A DNA stretch of 64,000 bases from an uncultured Flavihumibacter sp. GTDB lineage: Bacteria > Bacteroidota > Bacteroidia > Chitinophagales > Chitinophagaceae. A program made the position numbers and the translations under genes. The notes below the pieces were generated by a model. That model had not been told where the DNA came from. It did not search any database and saw nothing but the letters and a program-made list of their open reading frames with translations. Where the stretch lies: positions 987 through 64,986 of the forward strand of contig CABHOY010000052.1 in NCBI GenBank assembly GCA_902168105.1, given 5' to 3'. Shown here in pieces: positions 10,267 through 19,556 of this stretch (positions are counted from its first letter, which is position 1; every line of letters begins with the position of its first letter).

Positions 10267-11202
10267 ATGAATTTAATGCCATCACCACATCCATCTTTCA
10301 AACTGGAAGAGACCCAGCATTTCTTTTCTAAAGCAGAAACTGACGGCCCGGAGATCCACCGCAGTGAGATCCTGATGGACAATGCCAAAATGATGTGGTA
10401 CTCTTACACGGCCGATAAGGAGTATCATTTGCCCATGCGGCTCGAACAGGAAAGAGTAGAAATGCATTTCAAATTACACGGCAGGTCTGGCATAACCTAC
10501 GAGGGCGAATACATCGTCATGCATGGCAATGAACAAAGCCTCTTTTATCAACATAATCTGGAAGGAGAATACATCCTCTTTCCGGGCGAGCAAAGTGCCT
10601 TCTTTGAAATAGAGCTGCCCCGGCCCGTGTTTGAATCTTTGGTATCGGAGGATTGCTCTTTCCTGAAAGACTTCTCCCACAAATTGCAGACACCCCGCCA
10701 TTATCTGTGGCCCGGACATTATATGCCGATCACTCCACAGATGCACATGATCATCGCAAATATGCGTAACACCTCCTACACCGGGCATTTAAAACGGCTT
10801 TTCCTCGAGGCTAAAATGATAGAATTATTCCTGCTGCAGGTAACAGGATTTGACCAATATACACCTCACGCAAACACATTTTTTCCCCGCGATGTAGAAC
10901 GGCTACACGCAGCCAAACAATACCTGGAACAACATTTTATGGATGACTGTTCCATATTTTCCCTGGCCATCCAGGTGGGTATCAATCAGAAAAAACTAAA
11001 ACAAGGGTTCAAGGCATTATTCGGATATACCGTTTTTGGCTACCTCACCCATGTAAGAATGGAAAAAGCAAAACAATTGTTGCTCGACGAAAAGAAGACT
11101 GTAGGGGAAGTAGCAGAATTAGTCGGGTACCAATACCCGCAACATTTTGCGGCTGCTTTTAAAAAGAAATATAATATACAACCGGGTAAATTAAAACAAT
11201 AA
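10267..11202 (+). CDS. AraC family transcriptional regulator (PchR/YbtA-like architecture)
   Basis: C-terminal LAIQVGINQKKLKQGFKALFGYTVFGYL and VGEVAELVGYQYPQHFAAAFKKKY double HTH; start moved to ATG 10267. Confidence 0.9.
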   Translation: MNLMPSPHPSFKLEETQHFFSKAETDGPEIHRSEILMDNAKMMWYSYTADKEYHLPMRLEQERVEMHFKLHGRSGITYEGEYIVMHGNEQSLFYQHNLEGEYILFPGEQSAFFEIELPRPVFESLVSEDCSFLKDFSHKLQTPRHYLWPGHYMPITPQMHMIIANMRNTSYTGHLKRLFLEAKMIELFLLQVTGFDQYTPHANTFFPRDVERLHAAKQYLEQHFMDDCSIFSLAIQVGINQKKLKQGFKALFGYTVFGYLTHVRMEKAKQLLLDEKKTVGEVAELVGYQYPQHFAAAFKKKYNIQPGKLKQ

Positions 11203-11266
11203 AGTACCTTTGACAGGTGCATATCACCCACCCAATAGATGCACTTTGGACTAAATGAACATCATA

Positions 11267-11376
11267 TCAAGTCCAGCTCAAGTCCACCTTAAGTCCACAT
11301 CAAAGGCATGGTTAAAGCATGGTAAAGGCATGTCTAAGGCCTATTTACGGCATCCATGTACCTGGCAGGAGGCATT
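11267..11376. repeat. Degenerate 11-bp tandem array (10 units)
   Basis: tcaagtccagc/tcaagtccacc/ttaagtccaca/tcaaaggcatg/gttaaagcatg/gtaaaggcatg/tctaaggccta/tttacgggcat/ccatgtacctg/gcaggaggcat in unbroken 11-bp register. Confidence 0.75.
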
Positions 11377-11415
11377 ATCTCCACCACTGATATTATTTTA
11401 ACCAAAATCCCCTGG

Positions 11416-11459
11416 TCGAACAAGCGTCGAACAAGCGACGGCAAAGCATAGAACAACCT
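11416..11459. repeat. Second 11-bp tandem array (4 units)
   Basis: gtcgaacaagc x2 exact, then gacggcaaagc and atagaacaacc. Confidence 0.7.
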
Positions 11460-11508
11460 CCGAAGTCAATTCAGTATGAGAACTACCATGCCTGCCAGGA
11501 AACAGCCC

Positions 11509-11703
11509 TCACGAAGGCCGGTCTTTCGTACTCCTGATCAGACCTATGCCCGCAAAGAAGAAGATAGCCCCCAGGATGGAATAAATAATGATCCCTTTAA
11601 TGCTCCGGGTGGCCCCTGAACTGTTCATAAAGTTCATTGCGCCCATTATCAGGCCGGCAATACCCAGAAAGGTAAGTATGATCCCAATGATCCGCTTTTC
11701 CAT
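11509..11703 (-). CDS. Small two-TM membrane protein
   Basis: 64 aa with two hydrophobic helices; AT-rich sequence upstream of ATG. Confidence 0.7.
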   Translation of the reverse strand: MEKRIIGIILTFLGIAGLIMGAMNFMNSSGATRSIKGIIIYSILGAIFFFAGIGLIRSTKDRPS

Positions 11704-11798
11704 AGCAAGTTTTACAATAGGAGATACAAATTACATGCCCCTCCCTGCCAAATAGACGCCTGCCCCTCCTATGGTGTAATTTTTGTGCTGAACCCGGC

Positions 11799-13628
11799 AT
11801 GAAGATCTTCTGGAATTACATGCGCCCCCATCGCTGGATGATTGCCCTATCCCTCCTCCTCGCCGGTATCGGGCAAGTGGCTATGATGACCGACCCCGTG
11901 ATCTTCGGGAAGATCATCGACAATTATGCCCTGCATCCCGGCAACAGGACCGAAAGTGAACTGGCTAAAGGCGTGCTGCTCTGGCTGGCCCTGGCAATCG
12001 CAGTAGCGATGGTAGCCCGGCTGTCCAAAGCCCTCCAGGACTTTATTATGCGGCTTATCGTACAGCGGTTTGGCATGCAGGTATTCAACGATGGCCTGAA
12101 ACAGACCCTTCGCCTCTCCTTCCAGGAGTTTGAAGAACAGCGAAGCGGTGAGACAGTAGCCCTGCTTCAGAAAGTCCGCAACGATACCGAACGTTTTATC
12201 AATGCATCTATTAACATACTCTTCTCTTCTCTCGTAGGCATAGGTTTCCTGATCTGGTATGCCATCACCAAACACTGGGCACTCGTCCCCATCTTTTTTA
12301 TCGGGGTGGTAGTACTGGGTGCACTCACCGGACTGCTCAGCCGGAAAATAAAAAAGATCCAGCGGGCCATCAACAAGGAAACATTGAAGATGTCGGGCAC
12401 CATCACCGAATCACTCCGCAATATTGAACTCGTTAAAAGTCTTGGGCTCACCTTTCCGGAGATCCGGCGCCTACGCACATTCACCAAAACGATCTACGAC
12501 CTTGAGATAACAAAAGTAAAACGGGTCAGGACATTGTCTTTCATACAAGGCACTACCCTGAACCTGTTAAGACAATCCATACTCTTTATCCTCCTCTGGC
12601 TCATCTTCCGTAAGGTGCTTAGTCCGGGGGAACTGATCGCCATGCAGTTCATTTCCACCATTATCTTCGGGCCATTGCAGGAACTGGGAAGTATCATCCT
12701 GGCGTACAGGGAAGCTGAAAGCTCATTGCAATTATTCGACCAGCTGATGCAGAAACCGGTGGAAGAAAGGCCCGCCAGCCCCGTGGAACTGGGACCGCTG
12801 GAAACGATCCGTTTCTCCGATATCGTATTCCGCCACCAAACGGCTACAATGAATGCCATGGATGGGATCAGTTTTAATGCCACATTGGGAGATACTATTG
12901 CTTTTGTCGGCCCCTCCGGCTCGGGTAAATCCACCCTGGTGAAATTGCTGCTGGGCCTTTACCAGCCTGTATCGGGAGAGATCCTTTTCAACGATATCCC
13001 TTCCGGCGATATCCGTTATAACCAGATGCGCAGGCAGATAGGTTTCGTATCGCAGGATACCCAGCTTTTTGCAGGCACCATCAAAGACAATCTACTGTTC
13101 GTAAAACCGGATGCCACAGATGAAGAAATGATATCGGCTCTCCATAAAGCCTCCTGCGCACAGTTGCTGGCCCGTTCTTCACATGGACTGAACACGAAAC
13201 TCGGAGAGGGAGGACTGAAACTTTCCGGTGGAGAGAAACAACGTATTTCTATCGCCCGTGCACTGATCCGCAATCCGCGCCTGCTCATCTTTGACGAGGC
13301 TACTTCCGCCTTAGATTCATTAACAGAAGAGGCCATCACCGATACGGTCCGCAACATTTCCGCCAGAAGGGAACAACTGAATATACTCATCGCACACAGG
13401 TTGTCCACCATTATGCACGCAGACACGATCTATGTACTGGAAAAAGGCAGGATCGTGGAAACAGGGACACATCAGGAGCTATTGGAACAAAAGGGGCTTT
13501 ATTACGCCATGTGGCGCCAACAGATCGGCGAACGCCGCAGCCCGTTACCTTTGGTTCCTGAAGATCTTAGCCAGATGGGAACGTCGTTGCCAGATGTTAC
13601 GCCACTCCCCGTTCCGGAACAGGAGTAA
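11799..13628 (+). CDS. ABC exporter, fused permease/ATPase (MsbA/MdlB-like)
   Basis: TM domain plus Walker A GPSGSGKST, signature LSGGEKQR, Walker B LLIFDEATS and H-loop IAHRL. Confidence 0.93.
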   Translation: MKIFWNYMRPHRWMIALSLLLAGIGQVAMMTDPVIFGKIIDNYALHPGNRTESELAKGVLLWLALAIAVAMVARLSKALQDFIMRLIVQRFGMQVFNDGLKQTLRLSFQEFEEQRSGETVALLQKVRNDTERFINASINILFSSLVGIGFLIWYAITKHWALVPIFFIGVVVLGALTGLLSRKIKKIQRAINKETLKMSGTITESLRNIELVKSLGLTFPEIRRLRTFTKTIYDLEITKVKRVRTLSFIQGTTLNLLRQSILFILLWLIFRKVLSPGELIAMQFISTIIFGPLQELGSIILAYREAESSLQLFDQLMQKPVEERPASPVELGPLETIRFSDIVFRHQTATMNAMDGISFNATLGDTIAFVGPSGSGKSTLVKLLLGLYQPVSGEILFNDIPSGDIRYNQMRRQIGFVSQDTQLFAGTIKDNLLFVKPDATDEEMISALHKASCAQLLARSSHGLNTKLGEGGLKLSGGEKQRISIARALIRNPRLLIFDEATSALDSLTEEAITDTVRNISARREQLNILIAHRLSTIMHADTIYVLEKGRIVETGTHQELLEQKGLYYAMWRQQIGERRSPLPLVPEDLSQMGTSLPDVTPLPVPEQE

Positions 13629-13700
13629 GAGCAGCGTACCCTGCGGGGCATGGTTTTTGGGTCGCTGTTGAGTACATAAACCCACCTAAATCATTGTTTT

Positions 13701-15044
13701 ATGGAACCAATGAAGCAGATTGCCCTTAATATACCCCCTACCACCAAACCTCGTGTTGTCATAGTAGGCGCCGGGTTTGGCGGATTGAACGCAGCGCAGA
13801 AACTACCCGACGATAAGTTTCAGATAGTCCTCTTCGATAAGCACAATTACCACACCTTTCAACCACTGCTTTACCAGGTAGCATCAGCCGCCCTGCAGCC
13901 GGATGCTATTGCCGGGCCATTGCGGAACCTGTTCCATGGAACGAAGGACTTCCATTTCAGAATGCTGCGGGTGCTCTCTGTAGATCCATTAACAAATACC
14001 ATCAATACATCTGCCGGTCCTCTTCAATACGACTACCTGATCATCTCCAGCGGTGCAAAAACAAATTATTTCGGGAACGAGAATATGCAACGTCATGCAT
14101 TACCGCTGAAGACCATACCCGATGCACTGAACATGCGTAGTCACCTCATGCAGCTTTTTGAATGGGCCAGTCTTAATGCCAATCCTGCACTGGACGACTA
14201 TATGCTCAACGTCGTGCTGATTGGCGCCGGCCCTACCGGTGTTGAAATGGCCGGTGCATTCTCAGAGCTCAGAAAGAATGTACTACCGAAAGACTATCCC
14301 CGTCTCGACTTTAAGAAAATGAAGATCTACCTGCTGGAAGGACTGGACAGGGTACTGCCGCCTATGCATCCTAAATCAAGCGCCCGCGCACAACGGGACC
14401 TGGAAAAGATGGGGGTGATAGTTAAACTTAGCACCATGGTAGAAGACTATGACGGAGAAACGGTTAAACTGAAAAGTGGTGAACACATAAAGTCCTTCTT
14501 TGTGATCTGGAGCGCTGGTGTAACTGGCGAAGCTTTAGCCGGTATACCCAAAGAATGGACAGAGCGGGGTCGTATATTAACAGATCCTAATTGTCGCGTC
14601 ATTGGCAGTAAAAACATTTTCGCTGTCGGCGATATTGCGCTTATGAAACTGGAAGACTATCCCAAAGGTCATCCCGGTGTAGCACAACCAGCCATTCAGA
14701 TGGGCAAGTATGTGGCCAAAAACCTCTTCGCCCTGCATCGGAACGAAACGGTAAAACCTTTTAAATACTTCGACAAAGGCTCACTCGCAACTATCGGCAG
14801 AGGAAAAGCAGTAGCAGATCTTCCAGGTAATATGCATCTCGGCGGACGGCTGGCCTGGTACATCTGGTTATTCGTTCACGTGAACTTCCTCGTGAGCTTC
14901 CGTAATAAGCTGCTCGTTATGACCAACTGGATCTGGAACCTGTTCACTTTCGATAAAGGCAACCGCCTCATCATCCGGCCTTATATCCGTAAAGGAGATG
15001 AAAGGGCCAAAGCCGTCTTTGCTGAAAATCAGGTAGGTAGCTAA
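13701..15044 (+). CDS. ndh: Type II NADH dehydrogenase (NAD(P)/FAD-dependent oxidoreductase)
   Basis: Two Rossmann motifs VVIVGAGFGG and VVLIGAGPTGVE; IFAVGD, PGVAQPAIQMG and FKYFDKGSLATIGR motifs. Confidence 0.9.
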   Translation: MEPMKQIALNIPPTTKPRVVIVGAGFGGLNAAQKLPDDKFQIVLFDKHNYHTFQPLLYQVASAALQPDAIAGPLRNLFHGTKDFHFRMLRVLSVDPLTNTINTSAGPLQYDYLIISSGAKTNYFGNENMQRHALPLKTIPDALNMRSHLMQLFEWASLNANPALDDYMLNVVLIGAGPTGVEMAGAFSELRKNVLPKDYPRLDFKKMKIYLLEGLDRVLPPMHPKSSARAQRDLEKMGVIVKLSTMVEDYDGETVKLKSGEHIKSFFVIWSAGVTGEALAGIPKEWTERGRILTDPNCRVIGSKNIFAVGDIALMKLEDYPKGHPGVAQPAIQMGKYVAKNLFALHRNETVKPFKYFDKGSLATIGRGKAVADLPGNMHLGGRLAWYIWLFVHVNFLVSFRNKLLVMTNWIWNLFTFDKGNRLIIRPYIRKGDERAKAVFAENQVGS

Positions 15045-15046
15045 CA

Positions 15047-15071
15047 ACTGCCTTTTCAGGCAGTCCTTTTT
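15047..15071 (+). terminator. Terminator after ndh
   Basis: actgcc-ttttca-ggcagt hairpin followed by ccttttt. Confidence 0.65.
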
Positions 15072-15073
15072 CG

Positions 15074-15081
15074 TACCTTTG
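15074..15081 (+). promoter_or_regulatory. -7 box (TACCTTTG) for xseA
   Basis: Exact TAnnTTTG; its last G is the first base of the ORF-track GTG start. Confidence 0.55.
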
Positions 15082-15089
15082 TGCCTGCT

Positions 15090-16529
15090 TTGGATACAAG
15101 AAATTACATAACACTATCGCAATTAGCGGCCAGCATACAAGGTACTATCAGAAATGCTTTTTCGGGTCAGAGCTACTGGGTGGTGGCCGATATCACCAGC
15201 CACTCGTTCTATCCCGCTAAAGGATATCATTACTTCGACCTTGTTGAAAAAGATGGCCGCAGCCACCAGCTCACCGCAAAGATCTCTGCCAATGCCTGGG
15301 GCAATGGCAGTACCCGCATCAAAGAGTTTGAAAATGTGACCGGTCAGCGCTTCGGTAACGACATGCACGTGCTGATAAGGGTGGGCGTAGAATACCATCC
15401 TGTATACGGATTAAAACTCTCCCTTCAGGATATTGATACCAGCTTCACGATCGGGTTGCTGGAACAACAGAAACAGGCTACACTGCAACGTCTTCTGACC
15501 GAGTGCAGTGATATTGTGCGTAAAACGCCCGAAGGGTATATTACACGCAATAAACAGCTAGCGCTGAACCCTGTCATACAACGTATCGCTGTCGTTTCTT
15601 CCGCATCTTCCGCCGGTTACCAGGACTTCATGCACACCCTGCAATCAAACGCATATGGATATATTTTCTACATAGAAAATTACTTCACCACAGTGCAGGG
15701 TGAAGCCAATGCTACACAGGTATGTATGCAACTGGAAGCTATTATTGATTCAGGGAAACAATTCGATACCGTTGTGATCATTCGTGGAGGAGGTGCGCAA
15801 ACAGACCTGTTGCTGTTCGATCAGTTCCCGCTGGGAAAAGCTGTCGCCGGCTTTCCTGTGCCAGTCATTACAGGTATCGGCCATCACAAGAACGAGACCA
15901 TTACAGACATGCTGGCGCATACCGCAACCAAAACACCTACGCGCGCAGCAGAACTCATTATTGCACACAACCGCAGCTTTGAAGAGGCCTTGCTCATGCA
16001 GCAGCAACATATAATCATCCGTATGCAGCAGATGCTGGCAGGCAAACAACAACAACTGTCGGCCTTACATGCAGGCATTGTGAACAGGTCACGCGACCTG
16101 CTAACAAACCATAAGGAAGGACTGGCGCGCAACAGGCAGGCCATCCCGCAAAACGCGCGGCACATGCTGTTAAGGCAACGTTCCGCTATGGCCCAGCTAT
16201 CAGGACAACTGCTGGCAAAGCCCGGCCAGGTCACCGCCAGCCGCTTACAGGAGCTATCACATATCCGTAAAGATATTCAGGTATATGCCCGGAAATTGCT
16301 GCAGCAACAGCAGCAAAAATTGCTACACCATGAAACGGTCGTGCGTATCATGAGCCCCACATCATTGCTGCAAAAAGGGTTTGCAATGGTGCAGCATAAA
16401 GGGCAGATCATTACAAGCGCTGCACAACTCTCCCCCGGAGATGAGATCACCGTCCAGATGGCCGATGCAGGTGTACACGCTACAATCACTTCAAAAACAA
16501 CAAACGATGGATACGAGCCTAACATATGA
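15090..16529 (+). CDS. xseA: Exodeoxyribonuclease VII large subunit
   Basis: N-terminal OB fold, RIAVVSS, IIRGGG, VITGIGH and TKTPTRAAE motifs, C-terminal LLQKGFAMV; start set at TTG 15090 because GTG 15081 lies within the -7 box (start uncertain). Confidence 0.9.
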   Translation: MDTRNYITLSQLAASIQGTIRNAFSGQSYWVVADITSHSFYPAKGYHYFDLVEKDGRSHQLTAKISANAWGNGSTRIKEFENVTGQRFGNDMHVLIRVGVEYHPVYGLKLSLQDIDTSFTIGLLEQQKQATLQRLLTECSDIVRKTPEGYITRNKQLALNPVIQRIAVVSSASSAGYQDFMHTLQSNAYGYIFYIENYFTTVQGEANATQVCMQLEAIIDSGKQFDTVVIIRGGGAQTDLLLFDQFPLGKAVAGFPVPVITGIGHHKNETITDMLAHTATKTPTRAAELIIAHNRSFEEALLMQQQHIIIRMQQMLAGKQQQLSALHAGIVNRSRDLLTNHKEGLARNRQAIPQNARHMLLRQRSAMAQLSGQLLAKPGQVTASRLQELSHIRKDIQVYARKLLQQQQQKLLHHETVVRIMSPTSLLQKGFAMVQHKGQIITSAAQLSPGDEITVQMADAGVHATITSKTTNDGYEPNI

Positions 16530-16713
16530 AGCAGCGTACAAAGAACTGCAACAAATAGCGAGAGAGATTGAAACAGAGTCCGTTTCTGTTGACATACTGG
16601 CTGCAAGAGTGAAACGCGCGTCTGAGCTGATCGCCTTCTGCCAGACCCGTTTACGGGCAACAGAAGCCGAAGTAGAGAACATTATTCAGCAAATGGAAGA
16701 CAAACCGCTTTAA
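16507..16713 (+). CDS. xseB: Exodeoxyribonuclease VII small subunit
   Basis: MDTSLTYEAAYKELQQIAREIE...RASELIAFCQTRL; overlaps the xseA 3' end by 23 nt. Confidence 0.9.
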   Translation: MDTSLTYEAAYKELQQIAREIETESVSVDILAARVKRASELIAFCQTRLRATEAEVENIIQQMEDKPL

Positions 16714-16907
16714 GCTTTTTAAGCTGCGGCGTTGTGGTATATCATTACAACGCTGCAGCAAACCTCCCTGCCCTCCTTTATTAGCCCCAGATCCCGCCAT
16801 TTTAATCTGCCTTAAAGGTTTTAATATTTTGATTAAAAACCGGTTAAAATCAATGCGTAACGCTTTATGAGCCGCTACCGTTCCTGACCTTTGTCCTGAA
16901 TTCATCA

Positions 16908-18182
16908 GTGGACAAACAGTATCTCATGAAACGAGCGATCGTCCTGGCTGTAGCAACATTCGCAATATCCTGTATCGGGAACCTTGCTACCGCCCAAACC
17001 AGCTACTCATTATCGGCCGCCCTGGATACCGCCAGGAATAACAGTCCAGTACTGAAGGCCAGACATATGAACATCGGCGCCGCACAGGCAGATGTCATTA
17101 CCGCAAAACTGCGGCCTAATCCCACACTGAATAACCAGACAGTACAACTGGTCAGTTCAGATCACTTTGCCCCCGATACAAGGTGGTCGTCCAACCAGAA
17201 CAGACAGGTGTGGTACCAGGTAACGAAGCCTATACAATGGCCTAATCAGCGTAAATACAAAATTGCAACAGCTGATAAAGATGTGGCAGTAGCCAACAAC
17301 ACTTATGAGGAAGATGTACGCAACCTCTCCCTCAACGTAGGCTACAGCTGGATCAATTGCTGGGTGCTGAAGAAACGCCTTACCCTGCTCGATAACAGCA
17401 GAAGTAACCTGGATACGCTGGTGCGGATCAATGAGCTGCGTTACAAAGATCAGGTCATCACACAAACAGACCTGATCCGTACGAAAGTGTTGCTGGACCA
17501 ATACAATCTGCAACTGAATAAATTTAACCAGGACTATCAGAATGAACTGCAAACACTACAACTGTTAACCGGTAACACGTCTCCCATGGACATCGATACT
17601 TCCAGCGAGATACTTACCCTCACACCAACGGTCACACTAGATAGCCTCATCACACAAACCATGGAGAACCGCTCTGATATCGTGCTGGCTAAAAGCACGA
17701 TCGATGAACGGAACAGCAACGTCAAATATCAACAGGCGCTCGCCGTACCACAGCCTGAACTGGGCATGATATATAACCCACAGAACTCGGTGCCTTATAT
17801 CGGTTTCTATGGCACGATAGACCTTCCTTTCTTTAACAGGAACCAGGGAGAGATCAAAAAAGCTCATATCCTCCAGCAACAGGCGCAGCAGGAATTATCG
17901 TCCACACAACGACAGGTACAAACGGAAGTGGTAACTGCATACAACACCTACCAGCTCCAGAAAAAGAACATGGAGAAATACAGTGGCATCCTGCAACAGT
18001 CACAACAGATCCTCGACAACATCAAGTATGCTTACCTGCGGGGTGGCACTACTATCATTGACTTCCTGGACGCACAACGTAACTGGTATGACACACGCCT
18101 GCTTTATTATGATTCATTGCAGGCATATTACCAGAGTTATATACAACTATTATTCGCTACCGGCCTTATAAACCAATTATAA
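16908..18182 (+). CDS. TolC-family outer-membrane efflux protein (CzcC-like)
   Basis: Signal peptide, LDLPFFNRNQGEI-type segment and AYLRGGTTIIDFLDAQR; first gene of the RND cluster. Confidence 0.88.
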   Translation: MDKQYLMKRAIVLAVATFAISCIGNLATAQTSYSLSAALDTARNNSPVLKARHMNIGAAQADVITAKLRPNPTLNNQTVQLVSSDHFAPDTRWSSNQNRQVWYQVTKPIQWPNQRKYKIATADKDVAVANNTYEEDVRNLSLNVGYSWINCWVLKKRLTLLDNSRSNLDTLVRINELRYKDQVITQTDLIRTKVLLDQYNLQLNKFNQDYQNELQTLQLLTGNTSPMDIDTSSEILTLTPTVTLDSLITQTMENRSDIVLAKSTIDERNSNVKYQQALAVPQPELGMIYNPQNSVPYIGFYGTIDLPFFNRNQGEIKKAHILQQQAQQELSSTQRQVQTEVVTAYNTYQLQKKNMEKYSGILQQSQQILDNIKYAYLRGGTTIIDFLDAQRNWYDTRLLYYDSLQAYYQSYIQLLFATGLINQL

Positions 18183-18184
18183 TT

Positions 18185-19195
18185 ATGCAACGCATTACCG
18201 GATATTTCTTAATCGCCTCACTCCTGCTCGCAGGATGTAAACACAAAACACAGGACCTGGTTGTTGCAGACGATCCGTCTCCTATAATCAGCAATAACGG
18301 TCAACAGATATCTTTTCCCGATACGGCGTCTTCTAACTTCTTTGCCGTAGAACCCGTGGGAGATTCTACACTCAGCGGTACCCTGCATGCACCGGGCAAA
18401 GTAGCAGCGACCGTATTACGTTCAGATGAAGGCGCACAAAACATCGTACTCTTCGACAATCCCGACCTGACAAGCGATTATTCACAACTCATCCAGCACA
18501 GGATCAATATCAATCATATCCAGGACGTGAATATCACACAAAAGAAAACAGAACTGGACCGCACACAGGATCTCTTCGATCACGGCGCTGCCAGCGGAAA
18601 AGATATTCTTGAAGCAAAGTCTGAACTGTCTGTCGAACAAACTAACCTGGCCAATGAGAAAACACAGCTGATAGAACATGAATCAGACCTGAAGGCTGCG
18701 GGCTTTGATCCTGAAGCCTTGCGTGTTGCAGCTCCCGGATCTGTATATATCATCTGCGACGTTCCGGAAAATCAGCTGAACAATATAAAGAAAGGCGCAG
18801 CCTGCAATATCGTGCTGTCTTCATTCCCCGACAATACATACAGCGGCAAGGTGGAAGATATTGCTGATGTGATTGACGATGTAACCCGCATGATCAAACT
18901 ACGCATCCGCCTGACCACACCAGATACCGACATCCGTGCCGGCATGTTTGCCACCGTCACATTCCAGATACAGGGCGAAAGTAACGGCATCAACATCAGC
19001 AGGGACGCATTGGTCACTGCCGACGGACAGAGCTACGTATTTGTCAGAACAGCACGTAACACTTTTACGAGAAGAGAGATCCGCACCGGCCAACAGATCG
19101 GCGACCGCATTGCTGTGTACAGTGGTCTGAAGAATGGTGAGAACATAGCAGTAAAAGGCGTGATGCAACTAAAAGGACTGAGTTTCGGATATTAA
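18185..19195 (+). CDS. RND efflux periplasmic adaptor (CzcB-like lipoprotein)
   Basis: LLAGC lipobox; TRMIKLRI, RAGMFA and GLKNGENIAVKG MFP motifs. Confidence 0.88.
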   Translation: MQRITGYFLIASLLLAGCKHKTQDLVVADDPSPIISNNGQQISFPDTASSNFFAVEPVGDSTLSGTLHAPGKVAATVLRSDEGAQNIVLFDNPDLTSDYSQLIQHRININHIQDVNITQKKTELDRTQDLFDHGAASGKDILEAKSELSVEQTNLANEKTQLIEHESDLKAAGFDPEALRVAAPGSVYIICDVPENQLNNIKKGAACNIVLSSFPDNTYSGKVEDIADVIDDVTRMIKLRIRLTTPDTDIRAGMFATVTFQIQGESNGINISRDALVTADGQSYVFVRTARNTFTRREIRTGQQIGDRIAVYSGLKNGENIAVKGVMQLKGLSFGY

Positions 19196-19215
19196 TTTAC
19201 TAACAACATTACCCC

Positions 19216-19521
19216 ATGCTACAGGCACAGATATTCATAGATAAAGACGAAGTATTCGGTTCACAGCCCTTATACGAATTCATCATACAATTCCTGCTTC
19301 AACAACAGATCGCCGGTGCTACCGCATTCCGTGGCATGACCGGTTTTGGAGAACATCATCAACTGAAAAGACCCGACAGCATTTTCAGTTTTGATGAACC
19401 ACCTGTACTCATCATGTTCATCGATCAGGATGAAAAGGTGATCAATGCACTGAAAGCCCTGCGTAAAAGGGTAAGCAGTGGCTTCATCGTAACCAGCAAA
19501 GTAGAACGGTTCGAGGTTTAA
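19216..19521 (+). CDS. DUF190 family PII-like protein
   Basis: 101 aa; IAGATAFRGMTGFG...SFDEPPVLIMFID typical of DUF190. Confidence 0.82.
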   Translation: MLQAQIFIDKDEVFGSQPLYEFIIQFLLQQQIAGATAFRGMTGFGEHHQLKRPDSIFSFDEPPVLIMFIDQDEKVINALKALRKRVSSGFIVTSKVERFEV

Positions 19522-19556
19522 TAACAATTCAGCATTTGATTTGAAACATACTTACA

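Noticed and set aside
11267-11459. Possible CRISPR array
   Set aside because: Units are 11 bp, degenerate and have no unique spacers; no cas genes in the window.
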